DNA of 64,000 nt from Enoplolaimus lenunculus (taxonomy: Eukaryota): positions 372,001 to 436,000 of the forward strand of contig JASANG010001414.1 in assembly GCA_030248215.1 (NCBI GenBank), in the 5' to 3' direction. Within the stretch, counting starts at the first letter, position 1, and each line of letters opens with the position of its first letter. The position numbers and the translations under genes were made by a program. The notes beneath the pieces were generated by a model. It saw only the letters and a list, made by a program, of their open reading frames with translations, was not told where the DNA came from and searched no databases. Positions 29,301-42,290 of the stretch are shown piece by piece.

Positions 29301-32300
29301 AGCAATATCATACATCTGACTGCAGCGTAGTGTAGAATTAATTTCAATTGTTTAATTGTTTAAATGTTTGGGTCAATGTATAAAATAGGACCATAACAGT
29401 ACTAATAAAAGCCCATTCCTAAGTCTAAGCCTATGCGTAACAGTAAGCTCAAGCCTAAACAAAAACATATCTGTGTGTAAGCTTGCTCTATGACAGTCGC
29501 ACATAAAAACGTTCCGCCCCTGAACTATAATACCTTGACCAAATGGCCAATATTGTCAAATGTGCATAGCAACTATTATCAGTTAGTAATTGATTTTCAA
29601 ATTCACTAACTATCACGGTTATTGAACTCAACATTGATACAGACGTAAAGCAACGAATGAAGCAAAAAATGTGCTGAATCGCGAGCCTCAGCATTTATTG
29701 ATTCGAAAGTTACAAGACCTATTACCAACTGGCGATAAGGTGCTACACCCATTTGAGAATACAGGTCCAAGTTACACTTGTTTTGTAGCCTGAAGTCCAT
29801 CCAAACATCGAAGTCGCCGACATCATTTGTGTGATATGGTTCACCCTTGAGTACGCGGTTCGTTTGTGGGCGGCACCAAATCGTTTGAAGTATCTTCGAT
29901 CAATGTACAGCATTATTGACATTTTATCGTTTTTGCCGTGTTACGGTGAATTAATCGCTAAATCGATGTGCGTTTGTGATAATTTGTCATCTGTATCAAA
30001 AAGTATGATGGCACTGCGTGTGTTGCGGATTTTGCGTGTGTTTCGCGTTGTTCGAGTGCTTAAACTTGCCAGGTATTCAACTATAAAGTGATCTTGATTA
30101 GCAGTAAGCCTAAGCCTAAGCCTAAGCCTAAGCCTAAGCCTGAGCCTAAGCCTATGCCTAAAACCTAAGCCTATGCCTAAGCCTAAGCCTAAGCCTAAGC
30201 CTAAGCCTAAGCCTATGCCTAAAGCCTAAGCCTAAGCCTAAGCCTAAGCCTAAACACGGATCTAGAAACTTTATGACTGGAGGAGGCAGTTTGATATACA
30301 ATACTAAAAACATTTCGTCAGCCAAGCGAGCGAGAAACCAGACGCAGTTTTAGTACTGAAACTTAACAAAAGACGTATTTTGATGCCTGCCTACGGCAAA
30401 CCTTAGTGGTAGAGGCGAATCCAGAAATTTTTATAACAGGATCGCGAGATTTAACACTGGAGAAATACTAGTCAGCGACGCAAGTGACAAGCCAAAACGC
30501 TATTTTAGACGTAAAATCCTTAATACAAAATTTCGAGTTTGATTCCTATTTGGGGGGGGCTAGGTTGAAGTGATGCCCCCTTTCATTTGTCAATGCTGGG
30601 TGGTGCCCTAGATCCACCTGTCCTGAGTGCTGCAGAGAGGGAAAACAAAGTAAGGATCATGCCTTCTACCTGCCAATTTTTAATTCGAACCCAAAAACCA
30701 TATCATTACACCAGATGGTAATGCTTTTAAATTTTTTATTTCGAGGGCCGCCCCTTTTGCAGTGAATCCTACGGGCTTATAACATTTTTTTAGTTTTCTA
30801 CCGAAATATATTCGCGTCGCTCTTACAACAATAATAATTAAATCAATTTTGTTCCTCTTAGCGGGCAAGGTTAACAACTTGTCATTCTAAACTCATGCAC
30901 AAAGGGGCGGCAAAATTAGCTATTTCTGTTATTCAACGCTTACCAATTTGTGGTGTGAGTGCATCAAACGGCGCCTGAAGCCTTTAATAGACTCTGAGCA
31001 TCTCAGCCCTTGAACTGATTCACACACACCTCAAAATTGGTAATCGTTAACTGACCGAAGGTGTATCTTTCTGTCTGTTTTGTTGCAATTTTTGAAACAA
31101 ATTATACGTTTTCATGTTGTTTGTTTAATCAGTTTTTATTTATTTCAGGCACTCAATTGGAATTCAAGTAATTGGCAAAGCGATGCAACAAAGTGTGCCT
31201 GAAATGATGATGCTTACAACTGTTGTCACAATCGTAACCATACTATTTTCAACAATTATTTACTATTTAGAAATGGGAACCGCAGATAACAAGTTTATCA
31301 GTATACCAGAAGCCGCATGGTGGTGCATTGGTATGTGATAATTTCAATATACTACCAAGCATGTTTGATACTGTAAAGTATAGTACATTCAAATTGGCAT
31401 GTGGAGTGCAAAGCGTAACTTTAACTTATATATCTGAGGGTGGGACCGGATACCAAAGGAAACGGAGCCAGATAATTTTAATATCCGGTCGAAACCGCGA
31501 CCGGATAGTTAATTCCAATGGCGGATCCACGGTTGGGGCCACCCCGGCCGTGGGCCCCCCCCAACAGCATTTCGACAACAATTATATAGTGTCTATTGCT
31601 GTTCTACGCTGTTTACTTCTCTTTTTTATACACAATAGTATAAGCACGCTTTAAAGTTTTAATTCAAATCCAATGCTAGATAGTATTCAAATATCAGAAC
31701 GGGTTTGTGTTGCTCAAACCAAGCATTTGGATACTATTAAGTATAGACCATTCAAATTGGCATCTAGAGTGCAAATTGTAACTTTAACATATATATGTCA
31801 CGGTGGGACCGGATACCAAAAAACCCGGAGCCAGATAATCTAATATCCGGCCGGAGCCGCAGTCGGATAGTTGATTCAAATCCAATGATATATAGTATTC
31901 CAATACCACAACGTAGCTAACAATTAATTCGCACATGGTACTTATCTTCATAAGCCTCTGGAAAAGATTTAAAAACGTACGGAATATGCATCTGGAAATT
32001 AATAAAATAGCCTATTGTGTAGATATCGCCAAAATAATCTTATTCGTACCATTTTTTTGTCTATTCAGATTCAACTGAATATTTCAATTCGAGGAGCACA
32101 ACTTTGAAAGAGACTCCTTGCGGCCCTAAATATACCTCGCACCTCAAGACTTTAGCGTCAAAACTTGTAAAGCCTCTGGAAAAGATTTAAAAACGTACGG
32201 AATATGCATCTGGAAATTAAAAAAATTGCCTATTGGGTAGATATCGCCAAAATAATATTAATGGTACTATTTTTGACTACTCAGATTCAACTGAATATTT

Positions 32301-33631
32301 CAATTAAACGAGCACAACTTTGAAAGAGACTCCTTGCTGCCCTAAATATACCTCGCACCTCAAGACTTTAGCGTCAATACTTGTAAACTACGTTACTTTT
32401 TATTTACATTTCTGGTTGCACAAATTCTGTACCGCCGACACTATATAATGTGATCAAGTTTATATAAAATGTGGTCAATGTTGCTTTTAGAGCTGTAACA
32501 GTAGATTAAGCGCATTTCTGAGCCTAAGCCTAAGCCTAAACGTTGCAAAAGCGTATTCCTAAGCCTAAGCGTTGCAAAAGCGTATTCCTAAGCATAAGCC
32601 TAAGCGTAAGTCTAAGTCGAAGCAAAAAATGTAGTCTAGAATGTAAGCCTACTCGAGACGGCCTTAAACGTAACATGGGCCGTTTCGCTCAACAAAATTC
32701 TTACCGATTTGCTTACAAACATCTGCTTAAATCTGTTACTGTTCACCTGGCAAAAGTATTGACCACTAGTATTAGAGAAAGAAAGTTATATAATGCCCAT
32801 AATTTGTTTTTATCTGTGAGGTTTATAATCGGTCTATGTCTGCCAACGCTGCAATCTAATTTAAAGTCAAATCAAATCAACATTTTTTGCCTTTCATTCC
32901 TAAGCCTAAGCCTGAAGTCTAAGCCTAAGCAAAAAATGTAGTCTGGATTGTAAGCCTCCTCTTACAGACACCCACCAGAAACCAAGACGGCCCTAAAAGT
33001 AACATGGTCCCAAACGGTAACGTTGTCAATCATTTCAGTGACATTTACAACAATTGGCTACGGCGATATCGTCCCAGCAACGGTCGGCGGAAAATTTATC
33101 GCAGTAATCGTGAGTTTTTGTGGCGTCATCATCCTCGCGTTCCCAATATCGATCATTGTCGACAAATTTAATCGCGCCTATGTTGATATGAAATCGCGCA
33201 AACGAAGCCAATTCCAACAACAACAGCAACAACAACAACAACTTCAACCATCAACATCACCAGAATCACCATTTTTACGTCCGCTCATAAATGACTCGTT
33301 CAGCTCGTTGAATGTAATGAAACAGTCGCAGTTGAGCAGATCGGAGTTGGAGCAACAACAGCAACAACAGCCACCGCAACAACGACTTCATCGAGCTTCA
33401 GTCGCAACAACTATTGACTCAGACGATTGCTTTAATGGTCGGAATTCATCAACAGCGATCAAAAAACAGTTTCGACCACCGAAAGTTTTCCGGAAACAAC
33501 AAAGTGGTACCAGTCTGAGCTCACGAAAACCAGGATCTGAAACCGGAGAAGTTGAAACAAGGCTGGATTATGCTGCAGGGGGTGCGAGTGCGCCGCGGCC
33601 ACGTGTGAGAGGATTGAAGTTTATTTATTAA
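23312..33631 (+). CDS. Voltage-gated potassium channel alpha subunit, Shab(Kv2)/EXP-2/KVS-like (771 aa, 7 exons)
   Basis: Exons 23312-23971, 25238-25541, 27270-27352, 28486-28695, 29789-30072, 31149-31330, 33039-33631; GT-AG, phases match, 2316 nt. T1 domain (VKLNVGG, EYFFDRS, ELDYW), S1-S3 ([15 protein letters not shown]), S4 [21 protein letters not shown], pore SIPEAAWW...TTIGYGD, S6 LAFPISII, poly-Q C-tail. The start codon is the least certain part. Confidence 0.92.
24058..24180 (+). repeat. Interstitial telomeric array (TTAGGC) about x20
   Basis: Nearly pure TTAGGC run in Kv intron 1, degenerate at the 3' end; no GGCC TIRs around it. Confidence 0.95.
25033..25212. mobile_element. GC-rich palindromic MITE (a related copy lies at about 28797-28947)
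   Basis: TIR AGTGGCGCTATACTT / AAGTATAGCGACACT with internal inverted GGCGCCGTCCGTCA arms. Confidence 0.7.
26723..26978. mobile_element. CACTGTAAATTCC-ended MITE, AACTCA/TGAGTT-rich
   Basis: TIR CACTGTAAATTCCA / TGGAATTTACAGTG; homologous to the 44276 and 57803 copies. Confidence 0.85.
26989..27232 (+). mobile_element. TTAGGC-bearing MITE, full copy
   Basis: GGACCATGTAAAGATCAGGGGCGG ... CCGCCCCTGTTCTTTACGTTGGCT; perfect TSD gcaacgtt. Confidence 0.9.
27361..27542 (-). mobile_element. TTAGGC-bearing MITE, one end missing
   Basis: GCCTAA repeats ending in AAAACGTTCCGCCCCTGATTTTTACATGGACC; starts just after the Kv exon 3 donor. Confidence 0.8.
29371..29540 (-). mobile_element. TTAGGC-bearing MITE, degenerate copy
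   Basis: GGTCAATGTATAAAATAGGACC left end, GCCTAA-like repeats, AAAAACGTTCCGCCCCTG right subterminus. Confidence 0.75.
30105..30254 (-). repeat. Interstitial telomeric array (GCCTAA) about x24
   Basis: Run starts about 33 nt after the Kv exon 5 donor. Confidence 0.95.
31950..32388. repeat. Tandem duplication, ~219 bp x2
   Basis: AAGCCTCTGGAAAAGATTTAAAAACG...GACTTTAGCGTCAA occurs twice in Kv intron 6. Confidence 0.9.
32473..32681 (-). mobile_element. TTAGGC-bearing MITE, variant subfamily (a second partial copy lies at about 32895-33010)
   Basis: GGTCAATGTTGCTTTTAG ... GGCCTTAAACGTAACATGGGCC ends with GCCTAA repeats. Confidence 0.7.
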
Positions 33632-35610
33632 GTATATAATATATTTTTTACATATTATAAATATTTTAAAAGATATATTATTAGAGGTCGAATCCCCCAG
33701 TAGCATGTCTTTTTGTTTTAGAAGACGAAATTTTATTCGTTAATTCATATATTAAGTTATATGGTATACGGATCAATTAAATTTTTAACCCTTTTACAAT
33801 CTTTGCCCTAATGAACGTTTTGACACCAAATGTAGTAGAAATCATCTGCGGAATCTCAATTTATACTCTGTGGGGTAAATTTTACATAAAAACTTTTATG
33901 AAAAAAATTTAATTGATTGAGATTTGATTGAGTTATTGCAAGAACAGGAACAGGAACCGGAATTTGAATAATTTTAATCACCGAATTACTGTTGGGCTTT
34001 TTAACAAACTTGTCAAAAAATGGCTTAAAGAAATTTTCAGTTATTTCATCATTAAGTTTTGCGAAAACACATCAGGAACAATTTAGTAACAGAATTGAAC
34101 TGCGTGCAAAAACACTAATTTTGACATAAAAGTTTCTCAAAGACAAAGTTTCCAATATGTTAAATGATTATGAATAATTTGCCACAATACTGTAAAAATT
34201 CCGGTTCCCGCATCTTTGAATGCAGGAACAGGAACACAGAACAGGAACTGAATTTACGCAGGAATTCCGGCCGTAACAGGAATTCCGGATACATATTGAT
34301 TAACTATGTATCAATTCACTACTTAAGTATAAAAAGTGTTCTTTTTTCGTGGAAATATGGGTTGTTACTTAAAATGAAGGGGCTCAAATTGCGAAATCGC
34401 TCTTCACGGAATCTTTTAGTGTAGGTTCAAGTGGGAATTTAAGATGTCGTTGCTAATCAAATGCTTGTATTGTTCAATATGTGAAGCATCCACAACCAAT
34501 TGATGGTCGCCCTTGTAACATTTTGAACTTCTTATTTGTGGGTATTAAAAATTTACGGCCTATTCGGCATTTTGTTTAATCTGACTCTACGCAAACTTGC
34601 GAAATCGCAGCTCCCAGTACTCGCCTTTAATAAAATATAAAATAAACCAGTGATACGAGTGTAAGAGTTGGATGTGGGTGAAGATTTTGTGGTGCTCGAC
34701 CCGCGCTTTACCACGCAAATATAATTTTTAGCCGTGGGTATAACCGCGCCAAAAATATCTACCCGCGAGCCACCTTTTACCCGGGACGGAAGTTAAACTA
34801 GTATTTTAAAACATCGCAGGTGCCTTGCAGTTTAATGAAGTTTTGCGTTTTATCTTCAACGAAACTTACACATAATAGTTTACTAGAATCAACAAAATTT
34901 CAAACCGAATAAAATAAAGCACCGGACAGCAACTGACCGGAAGTAAAATGGACAATATCGTATGTTTTGCACCTTAAAACTTAAGTTTGGCGCGGGCAAA
35001 AGCTGCAAATTCTTTACCCGCGTTATACAAATCTATACCCGCGGCTGAAATTTTTTACCCAGCCCGCATTTGCATGCGGGTACGCGCGGGTAATGTCCCG
35101 TTGTGGCGCACACAGTTGAGAATACGGCAGTCCGCGGGTAAACGCGGGTACTCACTAAAAATATACTTAAAATTAAGTAAAACTGTTACCGAATTAAGTG
35201 TCGGTTTTACTTACTATGGTGCTTGGCAAAGTTTTACTTAATTTTAAGCAAACAAAATTTTTAGCTTTACGTTTACTTAATTAATTAGAGAATGACAGCA
35301 TTAGTTTTACTTATGTACATTATTTAAGCAAAAATTTACTCAATATTTAGTACACTTATACTTAAAAAAGTTAGTGAAATATAACTATAGTATTTTAAGT
35401 AGAGTGTTTTAAAGAGAATGTCCCACTCTTGCACAAATAGTTGACAATACGGCTACTGAAATAATTAGTAACTTGCCGCAGCACGATGGTTGTAGTACAT
35501 CTTTTAACTATATGAGTTTGGTTCGTACAGAATAATTTCAACCATTTACTACTTCTACAGTACAAATAGAAGATAAAATTATATTTTTGAAACTCGCCAA
35601 AAACGAACTG

Positions 35611-37467
35611 TTAAATATGGTCGGCGGGTTTAATTTTTTTCGCTTTTTGATCAACGTAATCCATCAGGTTTCGTAGTAAATCTTGAACGGTTTGGAAAAT
35701 TTGTTGAAACGGATCGCCAGACTGCCTATGTGGATTATGATAAGATTTGTTAGGTGGAGAAGTATTACCATCGTCAGATGTTGTACCATTGGCCAATGTT
35801 TTATCCAATAAGCCTTCATTTGTCTGTGTATCTTTTGCGAGTTCTTCAGTTTCAGCTGAAATATTTTCTTGCAGTTGGATAGTTAATTGAGGTCGGCGGT
35901 CATTGGTCAGTTTCTTTTCGTGCATAGACTTTGATTTATCCAATGAGCCTTTAGATAGCTTCTCGGCCTGTAGTGATTGATCTTTTTCAGCAGAAGTGCT
36001 CTCTTCTGATTCGATAATCAATTGAAGTCGACGGTTATTGGCTAAATTTGAGTCAATCACTTCCGCAGTTGGTTCACAGGTTTCAATTTGATGTAGCGTA
36101 ACGTTTTTCAATGGATGTTTAACCAGAGGTATTTGCCGAAATCCGACATCACTATTATTATATCCTCGGGTTAACAGACGGCAATTGAACCCAGTTAATT
36201 CGCCACAATCGCTACAAAAATGCACTGCTTTACACTGATTGGCCGGACGTGAGCTTGACGTTAAATCGACTAGAACACTATTGGTTGCTTGATCTAAGCT
36301 GTAATCTGCGTCACTGGATTCGTAATTTTCACAAAGGCGTTTACATTCGATACCGCTGGAAACTAATCGTACACACAGTGATATGTCACGAATCAGAGGT
36401 CGCCAAAATTGCAAGTGTTTACCAGGAAACGTTGTCCATTTGCATTCTGAAATTAGTGAATATTAAAAAGTTTATTCTATTTCTAACGAACGAAAACAAT
36501 TGTTCAAAATGAAGTTCATTTTTAAGTAAAATTTTCAATTTAAGTATTTGAGCGAAAATTATAACGGCTACATGGTAAAAACAGTTTACAAAAACCTGCG
36601 TAGTCAGGTCCAAACTATACCTCAAGAGAGCCACGTTCCGCCTATTGAGGCCACCATACGATCTACGGAGACCGCCTGCGGCCAATCCAGATTCAGTGTG
36701 GTACACTAAGGCCCCTTTCCGGCTAACCTGACCCCTGTGTCACAATATAAAATAATCCATTGCCTAATTTTTGCGTATTTCTAGTTTCAATGATTTTTAA
36801 AGTGTCTGAAGAAGCCAATCGAAGCGAGGCACTTACGTGGGCCAGCCCTCTCGGGGTTGAGGTTATAGCCTTGAAACTGTTCGTAGCTGTCCACGCGCAA
36901 CATATGCTTAGGCAAACGTGTCTTTTCCAGCGCAGCAACTACCACGCTTGACCACAGCTTGACGGGCGGCAACAAGGATGGGTTACCCGCGAAACAGATC
37001 CGGAATGCGTGTTCAAATGTTTAATTTTTTGCTATGGCTTTAAGTGATTGTGCCTTACAAGAGGATCTCGATATGACAGCTCTAAACGAAATCACAGGTA
37101 CCCTAGCCGGGGTACTACTTCACACGGTATTAGCCACCTGATCTATACGTAGACCAATTGTTTTGGGTCATTTTCACGTTATAGGCAGCTGAATGTAAAG
37201 CGGTGAAATTTTTCTCATGACCATTTTGTAGTTTCATCTGATCTAAAATTTAAGTTAGGATTTGAATTCGAAACATTCGGATGGAACGCGTTCCTTGTGC
37301 GAGATACTGTTCACACATTTGCATTTAGCTTTTATTACAGAATACTTACGCGGACTACGTTGATTTGTGTGAATATTGGAACATTTCGTGCTGAGGTTTG
37401 CTCCAAACACTTGAAATTTGAGGCAAATCGAACAAAATATTAGCAAATTTAAATCTGTTAGTTTCAT
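35611..37467 (-). CDS. Secreted protein with a PAN/Apple-like Cys-rich domain and a charged low-complexity tail (317 aa, 2 exons)
   Basis: Exon 1 37467-37350 (MKLTDLNLLIFCSICLKFQVFGA..., signal-peptide-like, donor GTAAGT, phase 1) joins exon 2 36446-35611 (acceptor tttcag, phase 1) in frame. The pattern CKWTTFPGKHL...ECKRLCE...CKAVHF...CRLL resembles a PAN/Apple fold (inference). Confidence 0.65.
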
Positions 37468-38770
37468 AGTTTCGTATTAAAAGTTAGTAAATAATTAATT
37501 TGAGTGGGTAATATTGTTTGATGCCGCATTGAAGCTGACTGCTGCAACAGAATTGCGCGCATTAGAGATGCAACTACGAGGATGAAAGATGTAGGTTGAA
37601 GGTCGTGTGTCCTACGGGCGAGCTAAAAGCGTAACCATCTGGTGGTCGGAGGTGCGGACTCCCCCCAAGGAAATTCACCGCGACCATTTCTTTGAATTTA
37701 ATACTGAAATTACATCTGGCTTGCAGCTCGTTTTGCTCGAAAGGTTACCTTCACTGTTCCACTTCTCTTGTGACTAGTGTTGTGCATTGGCTAGAAACTG
37801 GCTACCCGGCACAAGGTGTCGGCCGGAAACCGGCCGACCAGTAATGGCTTATCACGAAAAAAGCTAAAAACATTGTGAAATCGTCAATCTAATATTTTTA
37901 ATCATATTTTAAGATTTCGATTCTAAAACATTTAGCTCAAATCAGAAGTTTTTTCCACTGTTACCATTATGGCTAAACCCCTGCTATTTCAAGGTGCACT
38001 TCCCTACACTACGATAATCTCACACTACAAACACCTAAAACAGTTATCTTAATTTAATGGAAGCCTAATTCTGTAAGCTTAAAGCTTGAAATAACGAATG
38101 AATTCCTTTATATAGTGAACATTTTGTAAAGAGGCGAGAAATCACTGTATTTTATGAAAGTTGTGCAGGGGTGCCCAATGTTAAAGATTGAATCACTAGT
38201 TGAAACTACTTTGGTTGCAGTTGTATTCTAGTCAGCACGTGTAGTGAGATAAAGCGCTTTAGACGATATGAGCTGGGTTCTATGGCCTTTTGAAAAATAT
38301 AGTGAAATCTTTCACTAGTGTGTAATAAACATATTTTAACAATAATAAAGGGAAATGTAATCGGATTGAAATCAAATCAGATTTTCTCACCGATCAATGA
38401 GGATTTTGAAAAGTACACATTTTATTTACTAGGTTTATCATAAATGAAGTTAGTTTACGTTTCAGTTTTGTTTGTTTGCGGTAGCTACGATTTATTAATG
38501 AATTTACTTGGCTACTGCCCCAACATTTCGTCGTATTATTTTACATGAAGGGAGAGTGATCGGCAATATTTTGCTTAGATGTGGTATATAAAAATATTTA
38601 GAAACAATGCGGTAAACAGTCTTCTATTAAAGATTGTGGAATCCTACTCAACTTCTTCTTAACGTATACAACGAAGTTGTTTCTTGTTGAATTACAGTTT
38701 AAAATAATTGGTATAGCTTCTAGAAACGTGACGACATGCCATTATGAAAATACTTGATAATTTTTAAAAT

Positions 38771-38840
38771 TTGTTGGTGTAGCGGTAACATTCTTAACTC
38801 GAATGCAAGACAGCAGAGGTTCGAATGCCAGCGTGGTCCT
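38771..38840 (+). pseudogene. Degenerate tRNA-like or SINE-head fragment
   Basis: A-box-like TGGTGTAGCGG and B-box-like GGTTCGAATGC at tRNA-like spacing, but no convincing cloverleaf stems. Confidence 0.35.
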
Positions 38841-40130
38841 TAACTTTGGAAAAAATTCGAAAACACTTAGCTTCGCACAAGTATACAAAGTATATCTTTT
38901 ATACTTCACATAGCGTTGTTTTGTTTGTTTACTAGTATTTACAAACCATATTACAGTATTAAGCTAACCTGAATCTTCCCGGGTGAAGGTTTAAAGGAAT
39001 AATAAAAATGAGTTTCGCAATATGGAACAGGTATACAGGGTATCTTACTTCAACTTTGTTTTGTAATATCTTTTATGCTTACATTTTGTTCTAAACATCA
39101 CGGTCTATCAACTGAACTTAAATCTCAAACTAATTTCATTGATTACAATGATTTAGCAGCATCTTCCGACTACACTATGCCAGTGACGGGATAATAAATT
39201 AGAAACAAAAAAGACCTAAAATATTAACATTACAGCTGATAAGTAAAACTCAAAATTAGAAAACCCTAATATAAAGGAATTAGCTTTTATAAAGTGAAAA
39301 AAATCACTCAGTGTTTTATAGTATAACAAACATATAAAATCGGTGATTTGTTTGTAACTTAAACGAATAAGTAAAATGCGAATAGCAAAATCTCAAAAAA
39401 CACTAGTTTCTACTATCGATTGAAAGCGATAGAGAAGAGAGAGAAACAGAGAATCAGTTTAGTGAAAAACTGTCACGATTGAATTTTAAAATAATGAACT
39501 TAAAAATTTAAAAAGACAATAAATATTTTGAAAAGAATTCAAAAATCTTCATATGCTCTCTCTTTCTCTCTCTCTCTCTCGCTTCATAATAGAAATAATT
39601 TCCTCACACGAGTCGATAGCGAATTTTCAGAAGTTTTTTTATTGCTGATTCTGTTCGAAAAAGGCTGAAAATTATACGACAAAACGGAACAAACGGTAGC
39701 TTTTTAAGTATGGTGATGTACTTTAGGTGCAGAAAACAATATGTTTTCTGAATTACACAGATTATTATATATATTTTATTATTACGGAAACGCATTATTA
39801 TCCGCTAATCAAATGTTGGAATACCTTTTTCAAATTTAAAAATACTTTGATCCTTTTTGTTACAAGATTCGTATTTTAAATTATGAGTAGATTGAGCTCA
39901 AATTCTGTTTGATCTGCCGAATTTCTTAATTTTGTAAAAATACCTTAAAACTTTTTTGACGTAAAAAATGAAATGATCTACGGATCACATAAGAATACTT
40001 TGAAAGTGACGTTTTATGGCCATATTTAAACGAAATAATTAAAGTTTTTTAAATCTGTTAAGACATAAAGGTATACAGATAAAAAATGAGGTTGTTGTCG
40101 CACGTGTACATACATACCGGAACATTACTA

Positions 40131-40576
40131 CCGTAGTGACCCGAATAAGAGAGGTGGGCTGATGTTTATTTGGCCTCTTCAGAGGGGACCCCCTTTGTTA
40201 TTCGGTTACGGACTTTTATTTATTTTAAACTCGCCCTCCGCCGCCCTTCGTTACTGAAATATATCCGCTGTTGCAACTATCCGTTGAATTAAACAAAACG
40301 TTTATTTGTCTTGTATCAAAAACTTGAGCGATAATGCAAGGTTATACTTAGGAAGGTACTTTGAAAAGTTAAGTATACTTTAAAGATTTAAACTCAACCT
40401 GATTTGGTTCTGTAGTCATTTATGCCCTATAATTAGGGATAATTGACATTTATGGACTCTAATTAGGGTTTAGGGACAGTATCCGCTTACGGACTTTTAT
40501 TATGAATACCAACTCCTATTGATTGGGACTAAAATTGGGGACCTCTCTTATTGCCCCCTTATTCGGATCACTACAG
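40131..40576. mobile_element. Tc1/mariner-pogo-like MITE with TA TSD; related copies at about 22340-22780, 5860-6050, 61045-61150
   Basis: ta|CCGTAGTGACCCGAATAAG ... CTTATTCGGATCACTACAG|ta. Confidence 0.75.
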
Positions 40577-40999
40577 TACGCGAAGTATTTTAATACAATC
40601 ATGCGTTTATGCTGGTTTCAACAAGAATGTGCAACTGGACATATTCTGTGTACACAAGAATGTACCCAGCGTGCGTTCCGTTTTTGGCTTACCCCAGCGT
40701 ATTTAAGGGAAGGTCTGAAGTTTGATGATTTTTCCATTTTACACGTTCAAACATTTCAGTATTGTAGCCTTTACTGCATTTATACTTTTTAAATAAAATA
40801 CGTTTCTGATATCAACTACTCGCCCGCTAAATAAGGGGGATCAGCTAAAAACGCAACACCCGGTTGAACATTTTGTACTATGCGGAACGAGATGAGTTGC
40901 GTAAATTCTTTTATCATACAGTCTTGTACAAACCAAATATGTAAAGCTAATTTTTTGTACCAGATAATACCCAGATTAAAGCAATACTAATCGAATTAA

Positions 41000-41206
41000 T
41001 CTTTTCTCACAGGAATATTTTCAATTTTATGTGAGATGTAATTTCAAGGTAAGATTTGATCCCCAGTCTCACAGGTGGGAGGCGTTTACGATGACCACTT
41101 AGCTATAAGAGCTTGTCGCTCGAGCCCGAGGGAGCTGTCACGTCTTGTGGAGATTTAGCACTTCGCATATATGAGTTGCTTATAGTATACTCTATGAGTT
41201 AAAGGG
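41000..41206. mobile_element. piggyBac-type MITE (TTAA TSD) with a tRNA-like core
   Basis: ttaa|TCTTTTCTCAC ... GAGTTAAAGGG|ttaa; minus strand TAGCTAAGTGG ... GGATCAAATC. Confidence 0.75.
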
Positions 41207-42290
41207 TTAAATGAAAATTACATATTACGATTAAGATTGGCTGCGAGGGCGGTATAGCAGCAGAATATACTTTAGATTTAGTGTTTACCTTGCTCGCATT
41301 CGAAACGATTTCATATCACCCTACCTCCCCTCGAATGTTTTCCAGATTTGTGTTCCTACTCGGCTTTAATTGGTAGGCAAAGATGTTTTTTTTTTATTTT
41401 AAGCCCACATTATGCAAAGCTATTCACTTTATAAGCAGCTGTTACAAGCATCGCTTTATAGCACTGCCAGAGCCATAGTGTGCACGTGCCAATCGGCAAC
41501 TATACGCATTAAACCGTGAAAAGTGTATTAAAATTTGCAATTTTTTGCAGTGCAAATGCCAAAATTTTGTCTTTTACCCGTCGTACTTTATATACGACGG
41601 TACGCCATCGTACCGCGCTCAAAGTCTAAATATAAAATTGTAAGCTCCAGCCGTAGAAAAAAAAATCTTTTTCTTAAATTGAAGTGTGTTCTGCCCCGGT
41701 TTTAAAATGTTTGGTATAATATTTTGGGCCGCTATTTGAAATGAAACGTTTTTTTGCTCACAAAAATTTAATTTTTGCCACTTGTGCAACTCGGGTTTGG
41801 TACCTGCTTCCGTTTAATTATGTGTGTCTTTACAGAATGCGATGTGTCTATTTTTTGATTGTTGCTATGTATGTTTTAGATATATTTATAACTGTATTGT
41901 TTTATTATAAATATGTTACGCAACGCGTAGCTATCCGGTATAATTTCGACAATAAAACGCATTGTGCCCTCCTTCTTGGGTTTCGGCGCGGCTTATGCGT
42001 TAAAATTTTGAAGGTCCCCAGGGAGCTCTCGCGCTGTATACCCCCACACACCACCACAAGTGCTGGCAGTCCCATGCTGGAAGTTGCGATACCACTTGAG
42101 AAACAATTTTCGACAAACTTCTGCCACGTTTTGAGTTATATATTGACAATCAATATTTTGACTGTTTTACGTTTAGTGAAAAATCCAATTGTTAAGTGTT
42201 CTATCCTCGTTAGAATGTATTCGGCTCGTTAGGGTTGTGTTCTAGCGATTGCCAAGAGGGTTGCAATCAGTGTGCAAACTGATAGTTAAA

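Noticed and set aside
36419..36975. Extra minus-strand exons of the PAN-like gene
   Set aside because: Candidate exons had stops or incompatible phases; exon 1 splices directly to 36446 in frame.
41741..42232. 163-aa + strand ORF
   Set aside because: No recognisable motif or splice partners; it looks like an AT-rich chance ORF.
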